DNA from: a virus
DNA length: 64,000 nucleotides
IMG/VR virus record: IMGVR_UViG_3300025133_000030
Span: 64,001-128,000 of that record
Strand: one strand, 5' to 3'
The notes beneath the pieces are model-generated. The model made no database searches. It worked only from the letters and a program-made list of their open reading frames with translations, and was not told the origin of the DNA. Positions within the stretch are counted from its first letter, which is position 1; the number at the start of each line of letters is the position of its first letter. Positions 23,774 to 32,638 of the stretch are shown piece after piece. The translations under genes and the position numbers were made by a program.

Positions 23774-24382
23774 ATGATAAGAATAATCGGAAAAATACCG
23801 CACCGTATAACAGTGGCATGCTCTGGGGGAATCGACTCCATGGTAATATTACATTTTCTAATGCAGTCTCGCCGCCAAATCGACGTAGCCTTCTTTAATC
23901 ATGATACCAGTCACTCGAAAAAAGCGCAGAACTTTGTAAAAAAGTTCTGCGCTGAGCATAAACTTATTTTGACCATAGGTCGAGTCAAAGGAATGAAAGG
24001 GAAACGATCACTTGAAGAGTTTTGGCGAAATGAAAGGTACGCCTTCTTTGACAGTCTCGGAAGCGACTTTGTCATCACATGTCATCACTTAGACGACGTG
24101 CTTGAGACTTGGTTGATGTCTTCTTTCCATGGTACTCCAAAGGTAATTCCATACAACCGCAACCCAAATATTTATCGTCCGTTTTTACTAACAGAAAAGA
24201 GAAGTCTGATTTCTTATTGTGAAAAACACAAAATAGAATGGATAGACGACCCCTCAAACAAATCGGTAATACACGCTCGAAATCGAGTCCGCCACAATAT
24301 AATACCTGAAGTTTTAAAAGTGAATCCGGGAATTAGAAAAGTTATTCGTAAAAAACTCGTACAAATATATGATAAAGTCTGA
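23774..24382 (+). CDS. tilS: tRNA(Ile)-lysidine synthetase, catalytic domain only
   Basis: VACSGGIDS PP-loop, EEFWRNERY, HHLDDVLET, YRPFL, WIDDPSN, RNRVRH. Confidence 0.9.
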   Translation: MIRIIGKIPHRITVACSGGIDSMVILHFLMQSRRQIDVAFFNHDTSHSKKAQNFVKKFCAEHKLILTIGRVKGMKGKRSLEEFWRNERYAFFDSLGSDFVITCHHLDDVLETWLMSSFHGTPKVIPYNRNPNIYRPFLLTEKRSLISYCEKHKIEWIDDPSNKSVIHARNRVRHNIIPEVLKVNPGIRKVIRKKLVQIYDKV

Positions 24383-24397
24383 TATTATATAAACAAT

Positions 24398-24472
24398 GGG
24401 CCTTTAGCTCAATCAGGTTAGAGCATTCGACTCATAATCGACAGGTTCTCGGTTCAAATCCGAGAGGGCCCA
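24398..24472 (+). tRNA. tRNA-Ile2 (anticodon CAT at 24433-24435)
   Basis: Cloverleaf with GGGCCTT/AGGGCCC acceptor stem, CGACTCATAATCG anticodon arm as in bacterial Ile2 tRNAs, C4-G69 and C5-G68; adjacent to tilS; CCA not encoded. Confidence 0.9.
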
Positions 24473-24492
24473 CTAAATAAACAGGAGTTAAG

Positions 24493-25140
24493 ATGAGAGA
24501 TTATTTTTGGGGTTCGCAAGAAGAGATGATTTTTGAAGAACAATCACCAGAGCGAACTAAAAGCAGTTATTTTCCTTTTGAGAATAATACGTCAGAGGAT
24601 TTCAATAAAGTAGAATTTACCAGCAATCGGGTTTATTTTTATTCTAGTGTATCAAGGCCTAAAATCCTTCGCCTAAACAAGGCAATCACTAATTTAAACT
24701 CCAATCTACAGGCTAGGCAAATGGTCTACGGAGGAAGCGAGCCTGAGCCTATTAAGTTGCACATAAATAGCTATGGTGGATCAGTTTTTGCCGGCTTGTC
24801 TGCTGTTGATTATATTTTAACATCGAAAGTGCCTATACATACAATAATTGACGGCTGCGCTGCGTCTTCTGCAACTTTGATGTCCGTTGTTGGTTCACGA
24901 AGGTTTATGCATAGAAATGCATGCATGTTAATCCATCAATTATCGGGCCACATGTGGGGAAAATACCAAGACATGCAAGATGACATGAAAAACTCAGAAA
25001 TGTTAATGGATAAGATTAGGTCAATATACAAGACATACACAAGGGTACCCGAAAAGGAACTTGATGAAATGCTGAAGCATGATTTGTGGTGGAATGCAGA
25101 AACATGTTTGAAGTATGGTTTGGTCGACGAAATAATCTAA
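24493..25140 (+). CDS. clpP: ClpP-family peptidase
   Basis: LHINSYGGSV, GCAASSAT (Ser), MLIHQLSG (His), HDLWWNAETCLKYGLVDEII. Confidence 0.85.
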   Translation: MRDYFWGSQEEMIFEEQSPERTKSSYFPFENNTSEDFNKVEFTSNRVYFYSSVSRPKILRLNKAITNLNSNLQARQMVYGGSEPEPIKLHINSYGGSVFAGLSAVDYILTSKVPIHTIIDGCAASSATLMSVVGSRRFMHRNACMLIHQLSGHMWGKYQDMQDDMKNSEMLMDKIRSIYKTYTRVPEKELDEMLKHDLWWNAETCLKYGLVDEII

Positions 25141-25142
25141 GT

Positions 25143-25334
25143 ATGCCTATATATCGTTGTAAATGTAGAAGTTGCAACTTTGAAGACGAAGTGCTGCTAT
25201 CTATGAAACAAAAGAGTCTTACTAAAGATGTAAGACAGTGCCCAAGATGCAATAAGGATGAGTTTAGATTTGTACTGGGTAAATCGTCCTTTAGATTAAA
25301 AGGTGAAGGCTGGTACAAAGATGGCTACACATGA
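25143..25334 (+). CDS. FmdB-family zinc ribbon protein
   Basis: MPIYRCKCRSC...CPRC...FRLKGEGWYKDGY. Confidence 0.8.
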   Translation: MPIYRCKCRSCNFEDEVLLSMKQKSLTKDVRQCPRCNKDEFRFVLGKSSFRLKGEGWYKDGYT

Positions 25335-25631
25335 GTGAAAAAGGAAAATAAAATGATAACAATCGAAAAATCAGAGTCAATTTTAAGAGAAGTCTTTTCT
25401 GAAGAAGCTGAATTTATAGGTATAGAGTGGGATAACCATAGAGAATCACCATTTTTAGAAAATACGTTCCAAGTAACGTCAAGGATCTTATCAATTGACT
25501 CTTTAGTTAGGTTGCTGGAGCATCCAGACGTGAAAAACGCATATTTTCAACCTAGATATGCCCCACCAGACCCCCAGAAGCGCTTCGCCGCCGTCACCCT
25601 TCAATATCGATTATATATTCAATACAACTGA
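25335..25631 (+). CDS. Hypothetical protein
   Basis: ORF in operon order. Confidence 0.55.
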   Translation: MKKENKMITIEKSESILREVFSEEAEFIGIEWDNHRESPFLENTFQVTSRILSIDSLVRLLEHPDVKNAYFQPRYAPPDPQKRFAAVTLQYRLYIQYN

Positions 25632-25638
25632 AAACAAA

Positions 25639-25806
25639 ATGAAAAAAAAAGATAATAGCATCGACGAATTAAAGTTGATTATAGAAGAATTAGAAAAAGA
25701 TATATATTTAGCACAAGTATCTGGAAAGCCTTTTTTTGCGTCTAGACTGGCGATTATACGAGACAGGAAGCAGAAAAAGCTAGATTCTTGGATAAATCAA
25801 AATTAA
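25639..25806 (+). CDS. Small helical hypothetical protein
   Basis: MKKKDNSIDELKLIIEELEKD. Confidence 0.5.
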   Translation: MKKKDNSIDELKLIIEELEKDIYLAQVSGKPFFASRLAIIRDRKQKKLDSWINQN

Positions 25807-25815
25807 GTTTGAAAG

Positions 25816-26589
25816 TTATTCTGAATATTTTTTATTTAGCATCGTTTCATACCCCTCTTCGATGAAGGACATTGTTTCGTAATAATTTGAAATCAATGAT
25901 ACGTGGTTGAATTTCTGAGCCGTCGCGTACAATATCCCAACGAGAGCCATTTTTTCGTTGAGCACTCCACTACCAGAACTGCCTCCAATTGCAGGGATTG
26001 TCGTCATTGCATTCGGTCCACCGGGAATCATTCCACTGAACAGTCCCATTAGAATAGGAAAGGTTGGTGGGTGAAATATACCAACCGGAGCAGATAAGGA
26101 AATCACTTCTTCGCCAACTTTGGGAGGCCTTGAGGATATTTTCACTCCTTTGGTTTTGAGATTTGGTACATATAACATACAGAGGTCACGAGGGTCCATA
26201 TCCCCAGACGTCATAGAAATCACACTTCCAGTTTCAATTTCTCCTAAAATATTTTCAGCCTTTAATACTTTCTGAGCGCTTTCAATCGTCACAGCATATT
26301 TTCTATTCATAGAGACATAACACATATGTCCAGCAGTTAATATCACAGACCCTCCTTTATGCATTCCTATTGAAATTCCACTCCCAACAGAGGTAAAGGT
26401 GCTAATTTTACAGATGGTGTCTTTTTTACACTTATCTATTGAAAACATTCTGTGTATTTTTACGAAAGATTTGGTTGGTATTATTCTTTTTGTTTTTATT
26501 GGGCTATTATTATGCTTGTTATTCTTTATTGTGCAACTTGATAAAGAAATACATGCAAAAAACAGCACAAAGATTAGTAATTTATTCAT
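25816..26589 (-). CDS. Trypsin-like serine protease, lipoprotein
   Basis: ILTAGH, DLCML and GGSSGSG triad motifs; lipobox-like LSSC; AGGAG SD on the minus strand. Confidence 0.85.
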   Translation of the reverse strand: MNKLLIFVLFFACISLSSCTIKNNKHNNSPIKTKRIIPTKSFVKIHRMFSIDKCKKDTICKISTFTSVGSGISIGMHKGGSVILTAGHMCYVSMNRKYAVTIESAQKVLKAENILGEIETGSVISMTSGDMDPRDLCMLYVPNLKTKGVKISSRPPKVGEEVISLSAPVGIFHPPTFPILMGLFSGMIPGGPNAMTTIPAIGGSSGSGVLNEKMALVGILYATAQKFNHVSLISNYYETMSFIEEGYETMLNKKYSE

Positions 26590-26672
26590 GGATGCTCCTA
26601 TATAATAACTATAGGAATACAGTTGTTTTTTTGTAAAAAACTATTCTCAATCTGTATGATCAAGGAAAAGTA

Positions 26673-26903
26673 ATGAAGACTCTTATAACAATTTTTGTTT
26701 TCTCTGCAGCAGGAAGCATAACAAACCAGACATCGAAACCAAACAATAACCCAGTCCAGATTGTTTCTCCAAGTGAAATTTCAATTCTAAAAAAGCAATT
26801 TTCATTCGAAGGCCAACTAAAAGTGACTCCGCACAACGAAGGTCAAGTAAAACCCGGTTCACAGTTTTATAACGTACCTACTGAGTGGGTAAAAGTAAAG
26901 TAG
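26673..26903 (+). CDS. Hypothetical protein with hydrophobic N-terminus
   Basis: AAGGA SD. Confidence 0.5.
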   Translation: MKTLITIFVFSAAGSITNQTSKPNNNPVQIVSPSEISILKKQFSFEGQLKVTPHNEGQVKPGSQFYNVPTEWVKVK

Positions 26904-26937
26904 AAGCCTAGTTACTCTATAAGAAAGAGAGTTTAAC

Positions 26938-28260
26938 TTGGTTAAGAAAACATACGTCCTAGATACTAGCGTTTACCTCACAGATTCGAAATCCTTAGAA
27001 TCTTATGGAAATAATGATATTGTTATTCCACTGAAGGTTTTAGACGAAATAGATAAACACAAAAAAAGACAAGACCCCGTAGGAACTCAAGCTAGAGCTA
27101 CTATAAGAAAGCTAGACGCCCTTCGCGAAAGAGGTAACTTATGCAAAGGTATGCGAATAGACAAAGGCAAGGGTATTCTTGTAGTTAAGAGTTATGATCC
27201 CTTTGTTATGCCAGATGATTTAGACCTAGAAGATCCAGATAATCAAATAATTGCCACTGCACTCACAGAGAGGAGTAAAAATCCAAAAAGAAAAGTAGTG
27301 GTGGTTTCAAGGGATATTAATATGAGAGTCAAGTGTGATTCTCTAGGGTTAATATCAGAAGATTATTCTCTAGAACATGTCATAGACGATGCTGGTGGGT
27401 TGTTTTCAGGGTATATAGAGCACCTAGTGGACGATCAGATTATAGAATCGTTCTATGTAGACGAGCCAACTTACTTAGATCGCGCCGAGATAGTTGTGCA
27501 TCCAAACCAGTTTGTTATGTTGGTCTCCAACTCTAACGATAAAAAAACAGCCTTAGCTAGATTTATAAACTACGAAACGCCCCTTAGTAAGATTCCAAAT
27601 TTCAAAAGAGGTATCTGGGGAGTTAAAGCAAGAAACAAAGAGCAGAGCTTCGCAATAGATCTATTGATGGATCCAGCCGTCCCAGTGGTCAGCCTAGTGG
27701 GAAAAGCCGGATCAGGTAAAACACTATTGGCTCTTGCTGCAGCCTTAGAACAAACATTTGGCTCAGACGGCAAAGCACGCACATATAACAAGATAGTAGT
27801 AACGAAACCAGTCGAGCCGGTAGGTAAAGATATAGGCTTTTTACCCGGGTCTTTAGAAGAAAAAATGATGCCATGGCTAGCCCCGATACAAGATAACTTG
27901 CAAAATCTATTCGGAAATGATAGAATGACATTAGATCAACACGTTCACGAAGGAAGAATAGAAATTGAAGCAATGACTTATATAAGAGGGCGTTCTATTG
28001 CTAACTCGATAATAATAATCGACGAAGTTCAGAATATGACACAACATGAGATAAAAACAGTCCTCACTAGAGTAGGGGAAGGTACTAAAATTATACTTAC
28101 TGGAGATGTGGAACAGATAGACAACGTATATATAGATTCCACTAATAACGGGCTAGCATATGTCGTTGAAAAATTAAAATCTGAATCGATTTCTGGACAT
28201 ATTACCCTGCAAAAAGGCGAACGCTCAAAAGTTGCTACAATTTCTGCAAAATTACTATAA
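26938..28260 (+). CDS. phoH: PIN-PhoH (PhoH2/YlaK-type) protein
   Basis: YVLDTS PIN start, DNQII, SRDINMR; GKAGSGKT Walker A, IGFLPG, YIRGRS, IIDEVQN, GDVEQID. Confidence 0.92.
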   Translation: MVKKTYVLDTSVYLTDSKSLESYGNNDIVIPLKVLDEIDKHKKRQDPVGTQARATIRKLDALRERGNLCKGMRIDKGKGILVVKSYDPFVMPDDLDLEDPDNQIIATALTERSKNPKRKVVVVSRDINMRVKCDSLGLISEDYSLEHVIDDAGGLFSGYIEHLVDDQIIESFYVDEPTYLDRAEIVVHPNQFVMLVSNSNDKKTALARFINYETPLSKIPNFKRGIWGVKARNKEQSFAIDLLMDPAVPVVSLVGKAGSGKTLLALAAALEQTFGSDGKARTYNKIVVTKPVEPVGKDIGFLPGSLEEKMMPWLAPIQDNLQNLFGNDRMTLDQHVHEGRIEIEAMTYIRGRSIANSIIIIDEVQNMTQHEIKTVLTRVGEGTKIILTGDVEQIDNVYIDSTNNGLAYVVEKLKSESISGHITLQKGERSKVATISAKLL

Positions 28261-28262
28261 AA

Positions 28263-28940
28263 ATGAAAGAATATATTAAAAAATCATCCCAAAAGAGGGT
28301 GGGTGAGTTTCCAATTGTGGGTTGGGGAATCAATTTGGTCGTTGCGGACCCCATCACAAATAACGTCTCGCCAACTTCAGTCATAGAAAGACTTAAAGCT
28401 AAGATACCTCACAAATATATAGAAAACATCGATGCTATATACGTGGGAAAATTTAAACACCTAGAGAAAATGGACCACAACGCAAGCTATATGGATGGAG
28501 TAATATATGTAACAAGCGAACAAGACTCAGAATATGATATGCTTGACGACATTGTTCACGAAATTGGCCACGCAGTCGAAGAGTTGTACGGTATGTCCAT
28601 GTATGCAGATAAGAAAATCGAAAGGGAATTTCTAGGTAAACGCCATCGATTATATGATTTGCTAGCTTCGGAAGGATATGACGTGGAACCTTATCAGGTA
28701 GATTTTTTGTCTCCTGATTATAATCAAAGATTGGATTCTTTTTTTTATATGGAGGTTGGATATCCCTTTATGGAGATGTTGTCTTCTACTTTATTTTATA
28801 GTCCGTACGGCGCAACCAGCTTAAGAGAATACTTCGCAAACGGGTTTGAGTCTATTTATTTTTCAAACAACGGTAATCGACTAAAAAAAATAAGCCCCAT
28901 ATTGTATAATAAGATAAAATCAATAGAAGGGAATGAATAA
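28263..28940 (+). CDS. Zincin-like metallopeptidase-fold protein
   Basis: IVHEIGHAVE and YGATSLREYFA. Confidence 0.65.
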   Translation: MKEYIKKSSQKRVGEFPIVGWGINLVVADPITNNVSPTSVIERLKAKIPHKYIENIDAIYVGKFKHLEKMDHNASYMDGVIYVTSEQDSEYDMLDDIVHEIGHAVEELYGMSMYADKKIEREFLGKRHRLYDLLASEGYDVEPYQVDFLSPDYNQRLDSFFYMEVGYPFMEMLSSTLFYSPYGATSLREYFANGFESIYFSNNGNRLKKISPILYNKIKSIEGNE

Positions 28941-29305
28941 TGATTGAAATTAAGACAGAAAACAACTCTATCACTGTTAGTGTGGAATTGGAAAAGAGAA
29001 CTTATGCGAAAGATGAGATAACATCATTTTCTAATTCTCAAATTAGGAATATGTTGGTTGATTTGGGTCATAATTTGGATTTTTTTGAGATGACCAAGCA
29101 AGGATATGTGTCAAATAGGACTGACAGGCAATTGTCCGATAGTTGGGTTTTTGTAAAGAAAAACTTGCAAACTTCTGATGTTTCTGATATAATAGAAACA
29201 AAGAAAGAAGTAAAAAATGTCAAACCAAAACCAAAACCAAAATCAAGGACTACTACAAATAGAAGAGCCTCGCGTACCCGAAAAACAAAAAAAACCACCG
29301 ATTAA
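28940..29305 (+). CDS. Hypothetical protein with basic tail
   Basis: TAATG coupling. Confidence 0.6.
   Translation: MIEIKTENNSITVSVELEKRTYAKDEITSFSNSQIRNMLVDLGHNLDFFEMTKQGYVSNRTDRQLSDSWVFVKKNLQTSDVSDIIETKKEVKNVKPKPKPKSRTTTNRRASRTRKTKKTTD
29165..29193 (+). promoter_or_regulatory. Sigma70-type promoter inside the upstream gene
   Basis: TTGCAA-17 bp-TATAAT with extended -10, 23 bp before the nuclease start. Confidence 0.6.
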
Positions 29306-30077
29306 AGAGCATGTAAGTTTTTCTGAACTGAAGAACTGGATGACATGTTCATATTATCACAAAGTCGTATACATCGATGGAAATAAGTTTTTTATGGGTA
29401 ACGAGTATACTGCTTTTGGTACAGCTCTACATTCCTTATGTGAAGCGTGGGTGGAAGATAGGTTAGATACGACGCCTGAGAAATTCTTTGTTAAAGAATT
29501 TGTAAAAGAGATTAAGGGTCTTCCTGATTCTCTAGAATTGAATAAAAAACTTTTGCTAGATATGAAAATACAAGGCGAAGTATTGGCTCCAATGACCATT
29601 CCATATTTGAAAAATCACTTTGGTGAGTTTGAATTGGTATCCGTCGAAGAAAAACTCATGGAGCCAATCACGGAGTATAAAGCTTCAGATTATAAATTTA
29701 AAGGCTTCATCGACCTCGTAATAAAAGACGCCAAAGGGACATATCACATTATAGACTGGAAATCCTGCACATGGGGCTGGAACGCGAAGAAACGCTCTGA
29801 TCCAGCAGTAACATACCAGTTAACGTATTACAAAAACTATTTTGCAAAAAAGCACAATATCGATCCATCAGATATAAAGACTCACTTTGCATTGTTGAAA
29901 AGAACCCCAAAAAGTAACCAAGTAGAAATATTTGAAGTTACTTCCGGACCAGTAAGAACTAAAAATGCTGTTAAATTACTTAAAGATATGCTTTATAATG
30001 TAACAGAAGGCATCGTTGTGAAGAATCGACTTTCTTGTGAACGATGCGATATATATAAAACTGAATATTGCATTTAA
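29217..30077 (+). CDS. PD-(D/E)XK exonuclease, RecB/AddB/Cas4-like
   Basis: HVSFSE..WMTC, GTALH, VEEK, KGFIDL, IIDWKS, YQLTYY, C-terminal CERC.....C. Confidence 0.85.
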   Translation: MSNQNQNQNQGLLQIEEPRVPEKQKKPPIKEHVSFSELKNWMTCSYYHKVVYIDGNKFFMGNEYTAFGTALHSLCEAWVEDRLDTTPEKFFVKEFVKEIKGLPDSLELNKKLLLDMKIQGEVLAPMTIPYLKNHFGEFELVSVEEKLMEPITEYKASDYKFKGFIDLVIKDAKGTYHIIDWKSCTWGWNAKKRSDPAVTYQLTYYKNYFAKKHNIDPSDIKTHFALLKRTPKSNQVEIFEVTSGPVRTKNAVKLLKDMLYNVTEGIVVKNRLSCERCDIYKTEYCI

Positions 30078-30089
30078 CAGGTATACAAC

Positions 30090-31352
30090 ATGTCTAAAAC
30101 TAAAAAAACCGTGATTACGATAAGTGACCACCCGTTTTCACCTAGCGGAGTGGGAACGCAAACTAAGCACTTCATTGAATCTATGCTTGAAACTGGAGAA
30201 TACCGGTTTTTGAGTTTGGGTGGTGCCATCCGTCATAATGATTATACGCCATCGAAAACTGAGAAATGGGGGGAGGACTGGGTAGTAGTGCCCGTCGACG
30301 GATACGGAACAAAGGAATTCATAAGGCACTTGCTGGCAGCAGAGAAGCCAGATGCTTTGTGGATTATGACAGACCCTAGATTTTGGGGTTGGCTCTGGGC
30401 CATGGACAATGAAATAAGAACAAACGTTCCAATTATATACTATCATGTTTGGGATAATTACCCATTTCCTACTTTCAATAAGAAATACTATGAATCCAAT
30501 GATTATATTGCAACAATATCTAAAGTAACTGACGACATTGTAGCGAATGTAGCACCTTCTGTAAAGAGGAAATATATCCCCCACTCAGTCGATTCTGATA
30601 TTTTTTGCACCCTTTCAGAAAAGGAGACGAAAGAGTTTAGGAAAGTTTCTTTTGGCGATGAGAAAAAGAAATTCACAGTACTTTGGAATAACCGGAATGC
30701 AAGAAGAAAGCAGTCCGGATCTTTAATTTTCTGGTTTAAGGAATTCCTTGATATTGTTGGTCATGACAATGCTAGATTGATTATGCACACGGAGCCCAGT
30801 GATCCCAACGGTCAGGATCTGATGGCTATCATGAAGAACTTAGACCTTTTAAATGGTCAAGTTATGCTTTCTACGGAAAAGATGCCCCAGCCATCGTTGG
30901 CCAGAATGTACAACATTGCTGATGTGACAATTAATGTCTCTGATGCAGAGGGTTTTGGTCTTGCAACTTTGGAATCACTATCTTGCGGCACTCCAATTAT
31001 AGTGACAATGACAGGGGGCCTTCAGGAGCAGGTCACTGATGGTAAGAGCTGGTTTGGAATTGGCATTGAGCCCTCGTCTAAGGCTATTATCGGATCCCAA
31101 GAGGTTCCTTGGATATACGAAGATAGAATCAATAAGAAAGATGTTGTTGATTCGCTTGTTAAGATGTACAACATGACAGATAAGGAAAGGATTGAACTTG
31201 GGTCTAAGGGTCGTGAGCATGTTCTTAAGAACTATAATCCCGAAGTCTGCAAACAGAAGTGGATTGATTTAATGAACGAAGTAGCTGAAGATATGGGCTC
31301 TTGGGAGAATAGAAAAGGCTATGACAACTGGACAATGGAGAAAATAGCGTGA
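30090..31352 (+). CDS. Glycosyltransferase (GT-B, GT4-like)
   Basis: SDHP..PSGV, RNARRK, EGFGLATLESLSCGTP. Confidence 0.85.
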   Translation: MSKTKKTVITISDHPFSPSGVGTQTKHFIESMLETGEYRFLSLGGAIRHNDYTPSKTEKWGEDWVVVPVDGYGTKEFIRHLLAAEKPDALWIMTDPRFWGWLWAMDNEIRTNVPIIYYHVWDNYPFPTFNKKYYESNDYIATISKVTDDIVANVAPSVKRKYIPHSVDSDIFCTLSEKETKEFRKVSFGDEKKKFTVLWNNRNARRKQSGSLIFWFKEFLDIVGHDNARLIMHTEPSDPNGQDLMAIMKNLDLLNGQVMLSTEKMPQPSLARMYNIADVTINVSDAEGFGLATLESLSCGTPIIVTMTGGLQEQVTDGKSWFGIGIEPSSKAIIGSQEVPWIYEDRINKKDVVDSLVKMYNMTDKERIELGSKGREHVLKNYNPEVCKQKWIDLMNEVAEDMGSWENRKGYDNWTMEKIA

Positions 31353-32638
31353 TCAAGTTACTGGTAAGAGGACCGGCACTAAGCCGCTCAGGATATGGCG
31401 AGCAGACAAGGTTTGCAATGAAAGCCCTTCGAGAAGAAGAGCACAAGTATGATATATATCTGGAAAACGTTGGCTGGGGCCAAACCGGAGTCGTTGCTGA
31501 AGACACAGATGAAAAGAGGTGGTTGGAGTCTTTAGTCGCCAAGACCGCAGCCTATAAACAGTCCGGCGGCAAGTACGATATTTCTTTACAAGTGACTATT
31601 CCAAACGAATGGGAAAAATTGGCCCCTATTAATGTTGGGTACACTGCTGGCATTGAGGTCGACCGAATATCACACGTGTGGATCGAGAAAGCAAAAATAA
31701 TGGATAGAATTATTGTAATTTCAAACCACGCAAAAGACACCTTTAATAGCACTAAATATGATATGCTTGACAACGATCGGAACCCGATCGGCACCTTAGA
31801 AAATAAAACTAGAATAGATGTAGTAAACTACCCAGTAAGGACATGCTCCCCCGGTGCACCACTTGAGCTTGATTTGGAGCACGACACTAATTTTCTGGCT
31901 GTAGCACAATGGTGCCCTCGAAAGAATTTTGAAAACACTGTTCGCTGGTTTTTAGATGAGTTTAGGAACGACGAAGTTGGGCTTGTTCTAAAAACCAATA
32001 TTATGAACAATTGTAACATAGATAAAGAGCACACGAGAGATAGACTCAGAGCCTTACTCGATTCCTACAAAGATAGGAAGTGTTCGGTACACCTCATTCA
32101 CGGAGATATGTCAGAACAGGAGATGGCCTCATTGTACACTCACCCTAAAATTTCAGCACTTATTACGCTAACTCATGGCGAAGGGTTTGGCCTGCCTATT
32201 TTTGAGGCAGTATGTAATGAGTTGCCAGTGATCGCACCAGACTGGAGCGGTCAAGTCGATTTCTTATATGGTGAAGTCAAAGAAAGAAAAAAGGTTCGGA
32301 AAAAGGTTGTTACAAAAAATAAGAAAAAGGCACTATTTCTTCCTGTCTCCTATAAGCTCGCCCCGGTCGCACCTGAGTCGGTTTGGGATGGGGTTATTGA
32401 AGCTGGTTCTCACTGGTGTTATGCAGATAAAACCTCTTATATGGGCTGCTTGCGAAAGTTTACAAAAAATAAAAAACTCTACCAATCATGGGCCAAGAAG
32501 TTGAAAGAATATGTATTTGAGCATTTCTCCGAAGAAAAGCTCAACACTATGATGAGGGAGTCAATTCTCCTCGACCACCCCGGCTTGGCGAATTACAATG
32601 AAAATGTAGCAGATACAAGGATTCGGGTATTCAACTAA
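31349..32638 (+). CDS. Glycosyltransferase (GT-B, GT4-like)
   Basis: SRSGYG, PRKN, HGEGFGLPIFEA. Confidence 0.85.
   Translation: MIKLLVRGPALSRSGYGEQTRFAMKALREEEHKYDIYLENVGWGQTGVVAEDTDEKRWLESLVAKTAAYKQSGGKYDISLQVTIPNEWEKLAPINVGYTAGIEVDRISHVWIEKAKIMDRIIVISNHAKDTFNSTKYDMLDNDRNPIGTLENKTRIDVVNYPVRTCSPGAPLELDLEHDTNFLAVAQWCPRKNFENTVRWFLDEFRNDEVGLVLKTNIMNNCNIDKEHTRDRLRALLDSYKDRKCSVHLIHGDMSEQEMASLYTHPKISALITLTHGEGFGLPIFEAVCNELPVIAPDWSGQVDFLYGEVKERKKVRKKVVTKNKKKALFLPVSYKLAPVAPESVWDGVIEAGSHWCYADKTSYMGCLRKFTKNKKLYQSWAKKLKEYVFEHFSEEKLNTMMRESILLDHPGLANYNENVADTRIRVFN

Noticed and set aside
24398-24472. tRNA-Met or initiator tRNA
   Set aside because: G1-C72 is paired, there is no GGG/CCC anticodon stem, the anticodon arm is Ile2-type and tilS is adjacent.
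29217-30077. Cas4 as part of a CRISPR-Cas system
   Set aside because: No cas1, cas2 or array; solo Cys-stapled PD-(D/E)XK nucleases are common in phages.
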